Below, piece after piece: positions 16,995 through 31,900 of a stretch of DNA of 64,000 nt. Origin of the DNA: Auanema rhodensis (taxonomy: Eukaryota; Animalia; Nematoda); the NCBI GenBank assembly GCA_964057225.1, contig OZ059900.1, positions 7,192,001 through 7,256,000 on the forward strand, read 5' to 3'. Positions within the stretch are counted from its first letter, which is position 1. Each line of letters starts with the position of its first letter. The position numbers and the translations under genes were made by a program. The notes under the pieces are model-generated. The model was not told the origin of the DNA. It ran no database searches and was given only the letters and a program-made list of their open reading frames with translations.

Positions 16995-19900
16995 TTGAAT
17001 TCCAACCACGTTGAGCAAAAAGGACCGAAAATATCAAGAATTATTGGTTTTTTGGGGTTTGAAGGGCATTTTGGCAAAATCACTCAAATTTTTGATCTTA
17101 AGCATATTTCTCTCTTCTAAAACGACTAAGTAAATGGAATATTGTCATGGAATGTTCATATAGGCTTCGTATTTGGCACGAATATCAAAACTGATTGAAA
17201 TATGGGCCTTTTTATGCTCAAAACGCCATATATTCAACGATTTTGGGTACAAAACATGTGAAAACTGTATGTTTTGATCAGACCCTTTGAGATATGGATT
17301 TGAAATTCAGGATTCATAAACTTTGACTATTTTTACATATTTATGTCCAATTTTAACCACTTTGGTCAAAAAGGACCGAAAATATCAAGAATTATTGGTT
17401 TTTTGGGGTTTGAAGGGCATTTTGGCAAAATCAGTCGAACTTTTGATCTTAAGCATATTTTTTTCTTCTAAAACGACTAAATGTATGAAATACTGTCATA
17501 AAATGTTCATATAGGTGTATTTTGCACGAATATCAAAACTGATTGAAATATGGGTCTTTTTATGCTCAAAACGCCATATATTCAACGATTTTGGGTACAA
17601 AACATGTGAAAACTGTATGTTTTGATCAGACCCTTTGAGATATGGATTTGAAATTCAGGATTCATAAACTTTGACTATTTTTACATATATATGTCCAATT
17701 TTAACCACTTTGGTCGAAAAGGACCGAAAATATCAAGAATTATTGGTTTTTTGGGGTTTGAAGGGCATTTTGGCAAAATCAGTCAAACTTTTGATCTTAA
17801 GCATATTTTTTTCTTCTAAAACGACTAAATGTATGAAATACCGTCATAGAATGTTCATATAGGTGTATTTTGCACGAATATCAAAACTGATTGAAATATG
17901 GGTCTTTTTATGCTCAAAACGCCATATATTCAACGATTTTGGGTACAAAACATGTGAAAACTGTATGTTTTGATCAGACCCTTTGAGATATGGATTTGAA
18001 TTTCAGGATTCATAAACTTTGACTATTTTCACATATATATGTCCAATTTTAACCACTTTGGTCAAAAAGGACCGAAAATATCAAGAATTATTGGTTTTTT
18101 GGGGTTTGAAGGGCATTTTGGCAAAATCAGTCAAACTTTTGATCTTAAGCATATTTTTTTCTTCTAAAACAACTAAATGTATGAAATACTTTCATAGAAT
18201 GTTCATATATGTGTATTTTGCACGAATATCAAAACTGATTGAAATATGGGCCTTTTTATGCTCAAAACGCCATATATTCAACGATTTTGGGTACAAAACA
18301 TGTGAAAACTGTATGTTTTGATCAGACCCTTTGAGATATGGATTTGAATTTGAGGATTCATAAACTTTGACTATTTTCACATATATATGTTCAATTTTAA
18401 CCACTTTGGTCAAAAAGGACCGAAAATATCAAGAATTATTGGTTTTTTGGGGTTTGAAGGGCATTTTGGCAAAATCAGTCAAACTTTTGATCTTAAACAT
18501 ATTTTTTTCTTCTAAAACAACTAAATGTATGAAATACTTTCATAGAATGTTCATATAGGTGTATTTTGCACGAATATCAAAACTGATTGAAATATGGGCC
18601 TTTTTATGCTCAAAACGCCATATATTCAACGATTTTGGGTACAAAACATGTGAAAACTGTATGTTTTGATCAGACCCTTTGAGATATGGATTTGAATTTG
18701 AGGATTCATAAACTTTGACTATTTTCACATATATATGTTCAACTTTAACCACTTTGGTCAAAAAGGACCGAAAATATCAAGAATTATTGGTTTTTTGGGG
18801 TTTGAAGGGCATTTTGGCAAAATCAGTCAAACTTTTGATCTTAAGCATATTGTTTTCTTCTAAAACGACTAAATGTATGAAATACTGTCATAGAATGTTC
18901 ATATAGGTGTATTTTGCACGAATATCAAAACTGATTGAAATATGGGCCTTTTTATGCTCAAAACGCCATATATTCAACGATTTTGGGTACAAAACATGTG
19001 AAAACTGTATGTTTTGATCAGACCCTTTGAGATATGGATTTGAATTTGAGGATTCATAAACTTTGACTATTTTCACATATTTATGTTCAATTTTAACCAC
19101 TTTGGTCAAAAAGGACCGAAAATATCAAGAATTATTAGTTTTTTGGGGTTTGAAGGGCATTTTGTCAAAATCAGTCAAACTTTTGATCTTAAGCATATTT
19201 TTTTCTTCTAAAACAACTAAATGTATGAAATACTTTCATAGAATGTTCATATAGGTGTATTTTGCACGAATATCAAAACTAATTGAAATATGGGCCTTTT
19301 TATGCTCAAAACGCCATATATTCAACGATTTTGGGTACAAAACATGTGAAAACTGTATGTTTTGATCAGACCCTTTGAGATATGGATTTGAATTTCAGGA
19401 TTCATAAACTTTGACTATTTTCACATATATATGTTCAATTTTAACCACTTTGGTCAAAAAGGACCGAAAATATCAAGAATTATTGGTTTTTTGGGGTTTG
19501 AAGGGCATTTTGGCAAAATCAGTCAAACTTTTGATCTTAAGCATATTTTTTTCTTCTAAAACAACTAAATGTATGAAATACATTTATAGAATGTTCATAT
19601 AGGTGTATTTTGCACGAATATCAAAACTGATTGAAATATGGGCCTTTTTATGCTCAAAACGCCATATATTCAACGATTTTGGGTACAAAACATGTGAAAA
19701 CTGTATGTTTTGATCAGACCCTTTGAGATATGGAATTGAAATTCAGGATTCATAAACTTTGCTTATTTTCACATATATATGTTCAATTTCAACCACTTCG
19801 GTCAAAAAGGACCGAAAATATCAAGAATTATTGGTTTTTTGGGGTTTGAAGGGCATTTTGGCAAAATCAGTCAAACTTTTGATCTTAAGCATATTTTTTT

Positions 19901-22900
19901 CTTCTAAAACAACTAAATGTGTGAAATACTTTCATAGAATGTTCATATATGTGTATTTTGCACGAATATCAAAACTGATTGAAATATGGGCCTTTTTATG
20001 CTCAAAACGCCATATATTCAACGATTTTGGGTACAAAACATGTGAAAACTGTATGTTTTGATCAGACCCTTTGAGATATGGATTTGAATTTCAGGATTCA
20101 TAAACTTTGACTATTTTCACATATATATGTTCAATTTTAACCACTTTGGTCAAAAAGGACCGAAAATATCAAGAATTATTGGTTTTTTGGGGTTTGAAGG
20201 GCATTTTGGCAAAATCAGTCAAACTTTTGATCTTAAGCATATTTTTTTCTTCTAAAACAACTAAATGTATGAAATACTTTCATAGAATGTTCATATAGGT
20301 GTATTTTGCACGAATATCAAAACTGATTGAAATATGGGTCTTTTTATGCTCAAAACGCCATATATTCAACGATTTTGGGTACAAAACATGTGAAAACTGT
20401 ATGTTTTGATCAGACCCTTTGAGATATGGATTTGAATTTCAGGATTCATAAACTTTGACTATTTTCACATATATATGTTCAATTTTAACCACTTTGGTCA
20501 AAAAGGACCGAAAATATCAAGAATTATTGGTTTTTTGGGGTTTGAAGGGCATTTTGGCAAAATCAGTCAAACTTTTGATCTTAAGCATATTTTTTTCTTC
20601 TAAAACAACTAAATGTATGAAATACTTTCATAGAATGTTCATATAGGTGTATTTTGCACGAATATCAAAACTGATTGAAATATGGGCCTTTTTATGCTCA
20701 AAACGCCATATATTCAACGATTTTGGGTACAAAACATGTGAAAACTGTATGTTTTGATCAGACCCTTTGAGATATGAATTTGAATTTGAGGATTCATAAA
20801 CTTTGACTATTTTCACATATATATGTTCAATTTTAACCACTTTGGTCAAAAAGGACCGAAAATATCAAGAATTATTGGTTTTTTGGGGGTTTGAAGAGCA
20901 TTTTGGCAAAATCAGTCAAACTTTTGATCTTAAGCATATTTTTTTCTTCTAAAACAACTAAATGTATGAAATACTTTCATAGAATGTTCATATAGGTGTA
21001 TTTTGCACGAATATCAAAACTGATTGAAATATGGGTCTTTTTATGCTCAAAACGCCATATATTCAACGATTTTGGGTACAAAACATGTGAAAACTGTATG
21101 TTTTGATCAGACCCTTTGAGATATGGATTTGAATTTCAGGATTCATAAACTTTGACTATTTTCACATATATATGTTCAATTTTAACCACTTTGGTCAAAA
21201 AGGACCGAAAATATCAAGAATTATTGGTTTTTTGGGGTTTGAAGGGCATTTTGGCAAAATCAGTCAAACTTTTGATCTTAAGCATATTTTTTTCTTCTAA
21301 AACAACTAAATGTATGAAATACTTTCATAGAATGTTCATATAGGTGTATTTTGCACGAATATCAAAACTGATTGAAATATGGGCCTTTTTATGCTCAAAA
21401 CGCCATATATTCAACGATTTTGGGTACAAAACATGTGAAAACTGTATGTTTTGATCAGACCCTTTGAGATATGAATTTGAATTTGAGGATTCATAAACTT
21501 TGACTATTTTCACATATATATGTTCAATTTTAACCACTTTGGTCAAAAAGGACCGAAAATATCAAGAATTATTGGTTTTTTGGGGGTTTGAAGAGCATTT
21601 TGGCAAAATCAGTCAAACTTTTGATCTTAAGCATATTTTTTTCTTCTAAAACAACTAAATGTATGAAATACTTTCATAGAATGTTCATATAGGTGTATTT
21701 TGCACGAATATCAAAACTGATTGAAATATGGGCCTTTTTATGCTCAAAACGCCATATATTCAACGATTTTGGGTACAAAACATGTGAAAACTGTATGTTT
21801 TGATCAGACCCTTTGAGATATGGATTTGAATTTCAGGATTCATAAACTTTGACTATTTTCACATATATATGTTCAATTTTAACCACTTTGGTCAAAAAGG
21901 ACCGAAAATATCAAGAATTATTGGTTTTTTGGGGTTTGAAGGGCATTTTGGCAAAATCAGTCAAACTTTTGATCTTAAGCATATTTTTTTCTTCTAAAAC
22001 AACTAAATGTATGAAATACTTTCATAGAATGTTCATATAGGTGTATTTTGCACGAATATCAAAACTGATTGAAATATGGGCCTTTTTATGCTCAAAACGC
22101 CATATATTCAACGATTTTGGGTACAAAACATGTGAAAACTGTATGTTTTGATCAGACCCTTTGAGATATGAATTTGAATTTGAGGATTCATAAACTTTGA
22201 CTATTTTCACATATATATGTTCAATTTTAACCACTTTGGTCAAAAAGGACCGAAAATATCAAGAATTATTGGTTTTTTGGGGGTTTGAAGAGCATTTTGG
22301 CAAAATCAGTCAAACTTTTGATCTTAAGCATATTTTTTTCTTCTAAAACAACTAAATGTATGAAATACTTTCATAGAATGTTCATATAGGTGTATTTTGC
22401 ACGAATATCAAAACTGATTGAAATATGGGCCTTTTTATGCTCAAAACGCCATATATTCAACGATTTTGGGTACAAAACATGTGAAAACTGTATGTTTTGA
22501 TCAGACCCTTTGAGATATGGATTTGAATTTGAGGATTCATAAACTTTGACTATTTTCACATATATATGTTCAATTTTAACCACTTTGGTCAAAAAGGACC
22601 GAAAATATCAAGAATTATTGGTTTTTTGGGGTTTGAAGGGCATTTTGGCAAAATCAGTCAAACTTTTGATCTTAAGCATATTTTTTTCTTCTAAAACGAC
22701 TAAATGTATGAAATACTTTCATAAAATGTTCATATAGGTGTATTTTGCACGAATATCAAAACTGATTGAAATATGGGCCTTTTTATGCTCAAAACGCCAT
22801 ATATTCAACGATTTTGGGTACAAAACATGTGAAAACTGTATGTTTTGATCAGACCCTTTGAGATATGGATTTGAATTCGAGGATTCATAAACTTTGACTA

Positions 22901-25900
22901 TTTTCACATATTTATGTTCAAATTTAACCACTTTGGTCAAAAAGGACCGAAAATATCAAGAATTATTGGTTTTTTGGGGTTTGAAGGGCATTTTGTCAAA
23001 ATCAGTCAAACTTTTGATCTTAAGCATATTTTTTTCTTCTAAAACAACTAAATGTATGAAATACTGTCATAGAATGTTCATATATGTGTATTTTGCACGA
23101 ATATCAAAACTGATTGAAATATGGGCCTTTTTATGCTCAAAACGCCATATATTCAACGATTTTGGGTACAAAACATGTGAAAACTGTATGTTTTGATCAG
23201 ACCCTTTGAGATATGGATTTGAATTTGAGGATTCATAAACTTTGACTATTTTCACATATTTATGTTCAAATTTAACCACTTTGGTCAAAAAGGACCGAAA
23301 ATATCAAGAATTATTGGTTTTTTGGGGTTTGAAGGGCATTTTGTCAAAATCAGTCAAACTTTTGATCTTAAGCATATTTTTTTCTTCTAAAACAACTAAA
23401 TGTATGAAATACTGTCATAGAATGTTCATATATGTGTATTTTGCACGAATATCAAAACTGATTGAAATATGGGCCTTTTTATGCTCAAAACGCCATATAT
23501 TCAACGATTTTGGGTACAAAACATGTGAAAACTGTATGTTTTGATCAGACCCTTTGAGATATGGATTTGAATTTGAGGATTCATAAACTTTGACTATTTT
23601 CACATATATATGTTCAATTTTAACCACTTTGGTCAAAAAGGACCGAAAATATCAAGAATTATTGGTTTTTTGGGGTTTGAAGGGCATTTTGGCAAAATCA
23701 GTCAAACTTTTGATCTTAAGCATATTTTTTTCTTCTAAAACGACTAAATGTATGAAATACTTTCATAAAATGTTCATATAGGTGTATTTTGCACGAATAT
23801 CAAAACTGATTGAAATATGGGCCTTTTTATGCTCAAAACGCCATATATTCAACGATTTTGGGTACAAAACATGTGAAAACTGTATGTTTTGATCAGACCC
23901 TTTGAGATATGGATTTGAATTTCAGGATTCATAAACTTTGACTATTTTCACATATATATGTTCAATTTTAACCACTTTGGTCAAAAAGGACCGAAAATAT
24001 CAAGAATTATTGGTTTTTTGGGGTTTGAAGGGCATTTTGGCAAAATCAGTCAAACTTTTGATCTTAAGCATATTTTTTTCTTCTAAAACAACTAAATGTA
24101 TGAAATACTTTCATAGAATGTTCATATAGGTGTATTTTGCACGAATATCAAAACTGATTGAAATATGGGTCTTTTTATGCTCAAAACGCCATATATTCAA
24201 CGATTTTGGGTACAAAACATGTGAAAACTGTATGTTTTGATCAGACCCTTTGAGATATGGATTTGAATTTCAGGATTCATAAACTTTGACTATTTTCACA
24301 TATATATGTTCAATTTTAACCACTTTGGTCAAAAAGGACCGAAAATATCATGAATTATTGGTTTTTTGGGGTTTGAAGGGCATTTTGGCAAAATCAGTCA
24401 AACTTTTGATCTTAAGCATATTTTTTTCTTCTAAAACAACTAAATGTATGAAATACTTTCATAGAATGTTCATATAGGTGTATTTTGCACGAATATCAAA
24501 ACTGATTGAAATATGGGCCTTTTTATGCTCAAAACGCCATATATTCAACGATTTTGGGTACAAAACATGTGAAAACTGTATGTTTTGATCAGACCCTTTG
24601 AGATATGAATTTGAATTTGAGGATTCATAAACTTTGACTATTTTCACATATATATGTTCAATTTTAACCACTTTGGTCAAAAAGGACCGAAAATATCAAG
24701 AATTATTGGTTTTTTGGGGGTTTGAAGAGCATTTTGGCAAAATCAGTCAAACTTTTGATCTTAAGCATATTTTTTTCTTCTAAAACAACTAAATGTATGA
24801 AATACTTTCATAGAATGTTCATATAGGTGTATTTTGCACGAATATCAAAACTGATTGAAATATGGGCCTTTTTATGCTCAAAACGCCATATATTCAACGA
24901 TTTTGGGTACAAAACATGTGAAAACTGTATGTTTTGATCAGACCCTTTGAGATATGGATTTGAATTTGAGGATTCATAAACTTTGACTATTTTCACATAT
25001 ATATGTTCAATTTTAACCACTTTGGTCAAAAAGGACCGAAAATATCAAGAATTATTGGTTTTTTGGGGTTTGAAGGGCATTTTGGCAAAATCAGTCAAAC
25101 TTTTGATCTTAAGCATATTTTTTTCTTCTAAAACGACTAAATGTATGAAATACTTTCATAAAATGTTCATATAGGTGTATTTTGCACGAATATCAAAACT
25201 GATTGAAATATGGGCCTTTTTATGCTCAAAACGCCATATATTCAACGATTTTGGGTACAAAACATGTGAAAACTGTATGTTTTGATCAGACCCTTTGAGA
25301 TATGGATTTGAATTTGAGGATTCATAAACTTTGACTATTTTCACATATTTATGTTCAAATTTAACCACTTTGGTCAAAAAGGACCGAAAATATCAAGAAT
25401 TATTGGTTTTTTGGGGTTTGAAGGGCATTTTGTCAAAATCAGTCAAACTTTTGATCTTAAGCATATTTTTTTCTTCTAAAACAACTAAATGTATGAAATA
25501 CTGTCATAGAATGTTCATATATGTGTATTTTGCACGAATATCAAAACTGATTGAAATATGGGCCTTTTTATGCTCAAAACGCCATATATTCAACGATTTT
25601 GGGTACAAAACATGTGAAAACTGTATGTTTTGATCAGACCCTTTGAGATATGGATTTTTATTTCAGGATTCATAAACTTTGACTATTTTCACATATATAT
25701 GTTCAATTTTAACCACTTTGGTCAAAAAGGACCGAAAATATCAAGAATTATTGGTTTTTTGGGGTTTGAAGAGCATTTTGGCAAAATCAGTCAAACTTTT
25801 GATCTTAAGCATATTTTTTTCTTCTAAAACAACTAAATGTATGAAATACTTTCATAGAATGTTCATATAGGTGTATTTTGCACGAATATCAAAACTGATT

Positions 25901-28900
25901 GAAATATGGGCCTTTTTATGCTCAAAACGCCATATATTCAACGATTTTGGGTACAAAACATGTGAAAACTGTATGTTTTGATCAGACCCTTTGAGATATG
26001 AATTTGAATTTGAGGATTCATAAACTTTGACTATTTTCACATATATATGTTCAATTTTAACCACTTTGGTCAAAAAGGACCGAAAATATCAAGAATTATT
26101 GGTTTTTTGGGGTTTGAAGAGCATTTTGGCAAAATCAGTCAAACTTTTGATCTTAAGCATATTTTTTTCTTCTAAAACAACTAAATGTATGAAATACTTT
26201 CATAGAATGTTCATATAGGTGTATTTTGCACGAATATCAAAACTGATTGAAATCTGGGCCTTTTTATGCTCAAAACGCCATATATTCAACGATTTTGGGT
26301 ACAAAACATGTGAAAACTGTATGTTTTGATCAGACCCTTTGAGATATGGATTTGAATTTCAGGATTCATAAACTTTGACTATTTTCACATATATATGTTC
26401 AATTTTAACCACTTTGGTCAAAAAGGACCGAAAATATCAAGAATTATTGGTTTTTTGGGGTTTGAAGGGCATTTTGGCAAAATCAGTCAAACTTTTGATC
26501 TTAAGCATATTGTTTTCTTCTAAAACGACTAAATGTATGAAATACTGTCATAGAATGTTCATATATGTGTATTTTGCACGAATATAAAAACTGATTGAAA
26601 TATGGGCCTTTTTATGCTCAAAACGCCATATATTCATCGATTTTGGGTACAAAACATGTGAAAACTGTATGTTTTGATCAGACCCTTTGAGATATGGATT
26701 TGAATTTGAGGATTCATAAACTTTGACTATTTTCACATATATATGTTCAATTTTAACCACTTTGGTCAAAAAGGACCGAAAATATCAAGAATTATTGGTT
26801 TTTTGGGGGTTTGAAGAGCATTTTGGCAAAATCAGTCAAACTTTTGATCTTAAGCATATTTTTTTCTTCTAAAACAACTAAATGTATGAAATACTTTCAT
26901 AGAATGTTCATATAGGTGTATTTTGCACGAATATCAAAACTGATTGAAATATGGGCCTTTTTATGCTCAAAACGCCATATATTCAACGATTTTGGGTACA
27001 AAACATGTGAAAACTGTATGTTTTGATCAGACCCTTTGAGATATGGATTTGAATTTGACGATTCATAAACTTTGACTATTTTCACATATATATGTTCAAT
27101 TTTAACCACTTTGGTCAAAAAGGACCGAAAATATCAAGAATTATTGGTTTTTTGGGGTTTGAAGGGCATTTTGGCAAAATCAGTCAAACTTTTGATCTTA
27201 AGCATATTTTTTTCTTCTAAAACGACTAAATGTATGAAATACTTTCATAAAATGTTCATATAGGTGTATTTTGCACGAATATCAAAACTGATTGAAATAT
27301 GGGCCTTTTTATGCTCAAAACGCCATATATTCAACGATTTTGGGTACAAAACATGTGAAAACTGTATGTTTTGATCAGACCCTTTGAGATATGGATTTGA
27401 ATTTCAGGATTCATAAACTTTGACTATTTTCACATATATATGTTCAATTTTAACCACTTTGGTCAAAAAGGACCGAAAATATCAAGAATTATTGGTTTTT
27501 TGGGGTTTGAAGGGCATTTTGGCAAAATCAGTCAAACTTTTGATCTTAAGCATATTGTTTTCTTCTAAAACGACTAAATGTATGAAATACTGTCATAGAA
27601 TGTTCATATATGTGTATTTTGCACGAATATCAAAACTGATTGAAATATGGGCCTTTTTATACTCAAAACGCCATATATTCAACGATTTTGGGTACAAAAC
27701 ATGTGAAAACTGTATGTTTTGATCAGACCCTTTGAGATATGGATTTGAATTTCAGGATTCATAAACTTTGACTATTTTCACATATATATGTTCAATTTTA
27801 ACCACTTTGGTCAAAAAGGACCGAAAATATCAAGAATTATTGGTTTTTTGGGGGTTTGAAGAGCATTTTGGCAAAATCAGTCAAACTTTTGATCTTAAGC
27901 ATATTTTTTTCTTCTAAAACAACTAAATGTATGAAATACTTTCATAGAATGTTCATATAGGTGTATTTTGCACGAAGATCAAAACTGATTGAAATATGGG
28001 CCTTTTTATGCTCAAAACGCCATATATTCAACGATTTTGGGTACAAAACATGTGAAAACTGTATGTTTTGATCAGACCCTTTGAGATATGGATTTGAATT
28101 TGAGGATTCATAAACTTTGACTATTTTCACATATATATGTTCAATTTTAACCACTTTGGTCAAAAAGGACCGAAAATATCAAGAATTATTGGTTTTTTGG
28201 GGTTTGAAGGGCATTTTGGCAAAATCAGTCAAACTTTTGATCTTAAGCATATTTTTTTCTTCTAAAACGACTAAATGTATGAAATACTTTCATAAAATGT
28301 TCATATAGGTGTATTTTGCACGAATATCAAAACTGATTGAAATATGGGCCTTTTTATGCTCAAAACGCCATATATTCAACGATTTTGGGTACAAAACATG
28401 TGAAAACTGTATGTTTTGATCAGACCCTTTGAGATATGGATTTGAATTTCAGGATTCATAAACTTTGACTATTTTCACATATATATGTTCAATTTTAACC
28501 ACTTTGGTCAAAAAGGACCGAAAATATCAAGAATTATTGGTTTTTTGGGGTTTGAAGGGCATTTTGGCAAAATCAGTCAAACTTTTGATCTTAAGCATAT
28601 TGTTTTCTTCTAAAACGACTAAATGTATGAAATACTGTCATAGAATGTTCATATATGTGTATTTTGCACGAATATCAAAACTGATTGAAATATGGGCCTT
28701 TTTATGCTCAAAACGCCATATATTCAACGATTTTGGGTACAAAACATGTGAAAACTGTATGTTTTGATCAGACCCTTTGAGATATGGATTTGAATTTCAG
28801 GATTCATAAACTTTGACTATTTTCACATATATATGTTCAATTTTAACCACTTTGGTCAAAAAGGACCGAAAATATCAAGAATTATTGGTTTTTTGGGGTT

Positions 28901-31900
28901 TGAAGAGCATTTTGGCAAAATCAGTCAAACTTTTGATCTTAAGCATATTTTTTTCTTCTAAAACAACTAAATGTATGAAATACTGTCATAGAATGTTCAT
29001 ATATGTGTATTTTGCACGAATATCAAAACTGATTGAAATATGGGCCTTTTTATGCTCAAAACGCCATATATTCAACGATTTTGGGTACAAAACATGTGAA
29101 AACTGTATGTTTTGATCAGACCCTTTGAGATATGGATTTGAATTTCAGGATTCATAAACTTTGACTATTTTCACATATATATGTTCAATTTTAACCACTT
29201 TGGTCAAAAAGGACCGAAAATATCAAGAATTATTGGTTTTTTGGGGTTTGAAGAGCATTTTGGCAAAATCAGTCAAACTTTTGATCTTAAGCATATTTTT
29301 TTCTTCTAAAACAACTAAATGTATGAAATACTTTCATAGAATGTTCATATAGGTGTATTTTGCACCAATATCAAAACTGATTGAAATATGGGCCTTTTTA
29401 TGCTCAAAACGCCATATATTCAACGATTTTGGGTACAAAACATGTGAAAACTGTATGTTTTGATCAGACCCTTTGAGATATGGATTTGAAATTCAGGATT
29501 TATAAACTTTGACTATTTTTACATATATATGTCCAATTTTAACCACTTTGGTCAAAAAGGACCGAAAATATCAAGAATTATTGGTTTTTTGGGGTTTGAA
29601 GGGCATTTTGGCAAAATCAGTCAAACTTTTGATCTTAAACATATTTTTTTCTTCTAAAACAACTAAATGTATGAAATACTTTCATAGAATGTTCATATAG
29701 GTGTATTTTGCACGAATATCAAAACTGATTGAAATATGGGTCTTTTTATGCTCAAAACGCCATATATTCAACGATTTTGGGTACAAAACATGTGAAAACT
29801 GTATGTTTTGATCAGACCCTTTGAGATATGGATTTGAAATTCAGGAATCATAAACTTTGACTATTTTTACATATATATGTCCAATTTTAACCACTTTGGT
29901 CAAAAAGGACCGAAAATATCAAGAATTATTGGTTTTTTGGGGTTTGAAGGGCATTTTGGCAAAATCAGTCAAACTTTTGATCTTAAGCATATTGTTTTCT
30001 TCTAAAACGACTAAATGTATGAAATACTGTCATAGAATGTTCATATATGTGTATTTTGCACGAATATCAAAACTGATTGAAATATGGGCCTTTTTATACT
30101 CAAAACGCCATATATTCAACGATTTTGGGTACAAAACATGTGAAAACTGTATGTTTTGATCAGACCCTTTGAGATGGTGGATTTGAATTTCAGGACTCAT
30201 AAACGTTGACTATTTTCACATATATATGTTCAATTTTAACCACTTTGGTCAAAAAGGACCGAAAATATCAAGAATTATTGGTTTTTTGGGGGTTTGAAGA
30301 GCATTTTGGCAAAATCAGTCAAACTTTTGATCTTAAGCATATTTTTTTCTTCTAAAACAACTAAATGTATGAAATACTTTCATAGAATGTTCATATAGGT
30401 GTATTTTGCACGGATATCAAAACTGATTGAAATATGGGCCTTTTTATGCTCAAAACGCCATATATTCAACGATTTTGGGTACAAAACATGTGAAAACTGT
30501 ATGTTTTGATCAGACCCTTTGAGATATGGATTTGAATTTGAGGATTCATAAACTTTGACTATTTTCACATATATATGTTCAATTTTAACCACTTTGGTCA
30601 AAAAGGACCGAAAATATCAAGAATTATTGGTTTTTTGGGGTTTGAAGGGCATTTTGGCAAAATCAGTCAAACTTTTGATCTTAAGCATATTTTTTTCTTC
30701 TAAAACGACTAAATGTATGAAATACTTTCATAAAATGTTCATATAGGTGTATTTTGCACGAATATCAAAACTGATTGAAATATGGGCCTTTTTATGCTCA
30801 AAACGCCATATATTCAACGATTTTGGGTACAAAACATGTGAAAACTGTATGTTTTGATCAGACCCTTTGAGATATGGATTTGAATTTCAGGATTCATAAA
30901 CTTTGACTATTTTCACATATATATGTTCAATTTTAACCACTTTGGTCAAAAAGGACCGAAAATATCAAGAATTATTGGTTTTTTGGGGTTTGAAGGGCAT
31001 TTTGGCAAAATCAGTCAAACTTTTGATCTTAAGCATATTGTTTTCTTCTAAAACGACTAAATGTATGAAATACTGTCATAGAATGTTCATATATGTGTAT
31101 TTTGCACGAATATCAAAACTGATTGAAATATGGGCCTTTTTATGCTCAAAACGCCATATATTCAACGATTTTGGGTACAAAACATGTGAAAACTGTATGT
31201 TTTGATCAGACCCTTTGAGATATGGATTTGAATTTCAGGATTCATAAACTTTGACTATTTTCACATATATATGTTCAATTTTAACCACTTTGGTCAAAAA
31301 GGACCGAAAATATCAAGAATTATTGGTTTTTTGGGGTTTGAAGAGCATTTTGGCAAAATCAGTCAAACTTTTGATCTTAAGCATATTTTTTTCTTCTAAA
31401 ACAACTAAATGTATGAAATACTTTCATAGAATGTTCATATAGGTGTATTTTGCACGAATATCAAAACTGATTGAAATATGGGCCTTTTTATGCTCAAAAC
31501 GCCATATATTCAACGATTTTGGGTACAAAACATGTGAAAACTGTATGTTTTGATCAGACCCTTTGAGATATGGATTTGAATTTCAGGATTCATAAACTTT
31601 GACTATTTTCACATATATATGTTCAATTTTAACCACTTTGGTCAAAAAGGACCGAAAATATCAAGAATTATTGGTTTTTTGGGGTTTGAAGAGCATTTTG
31701 GCAAAATCAGTCAAACTTTTGATCTTAAGCATATTTTTTTCTTCTAAAACAACTAAATGTATGAAATACTTTCATAGAATGTTCATATAGGTGTATTTTG
31801 CACGAATATCAAAACTGATTGAAATATGGGCCTTTTTATGCTCAAAACGCCATATATTCAACGATTTTGGGTACAAAACATGTGAAAACTGTATGTTTTG

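Noticed and set aside
17397-17426. TTTTGGGG telomere-like or G-quadruplex motif in each monomer
   Set aside because: It is a single T6G4 unit and not the nematode TTAGGC repeat; the G-runs (2,4,3,2) allow at most a weak two-tier structure.
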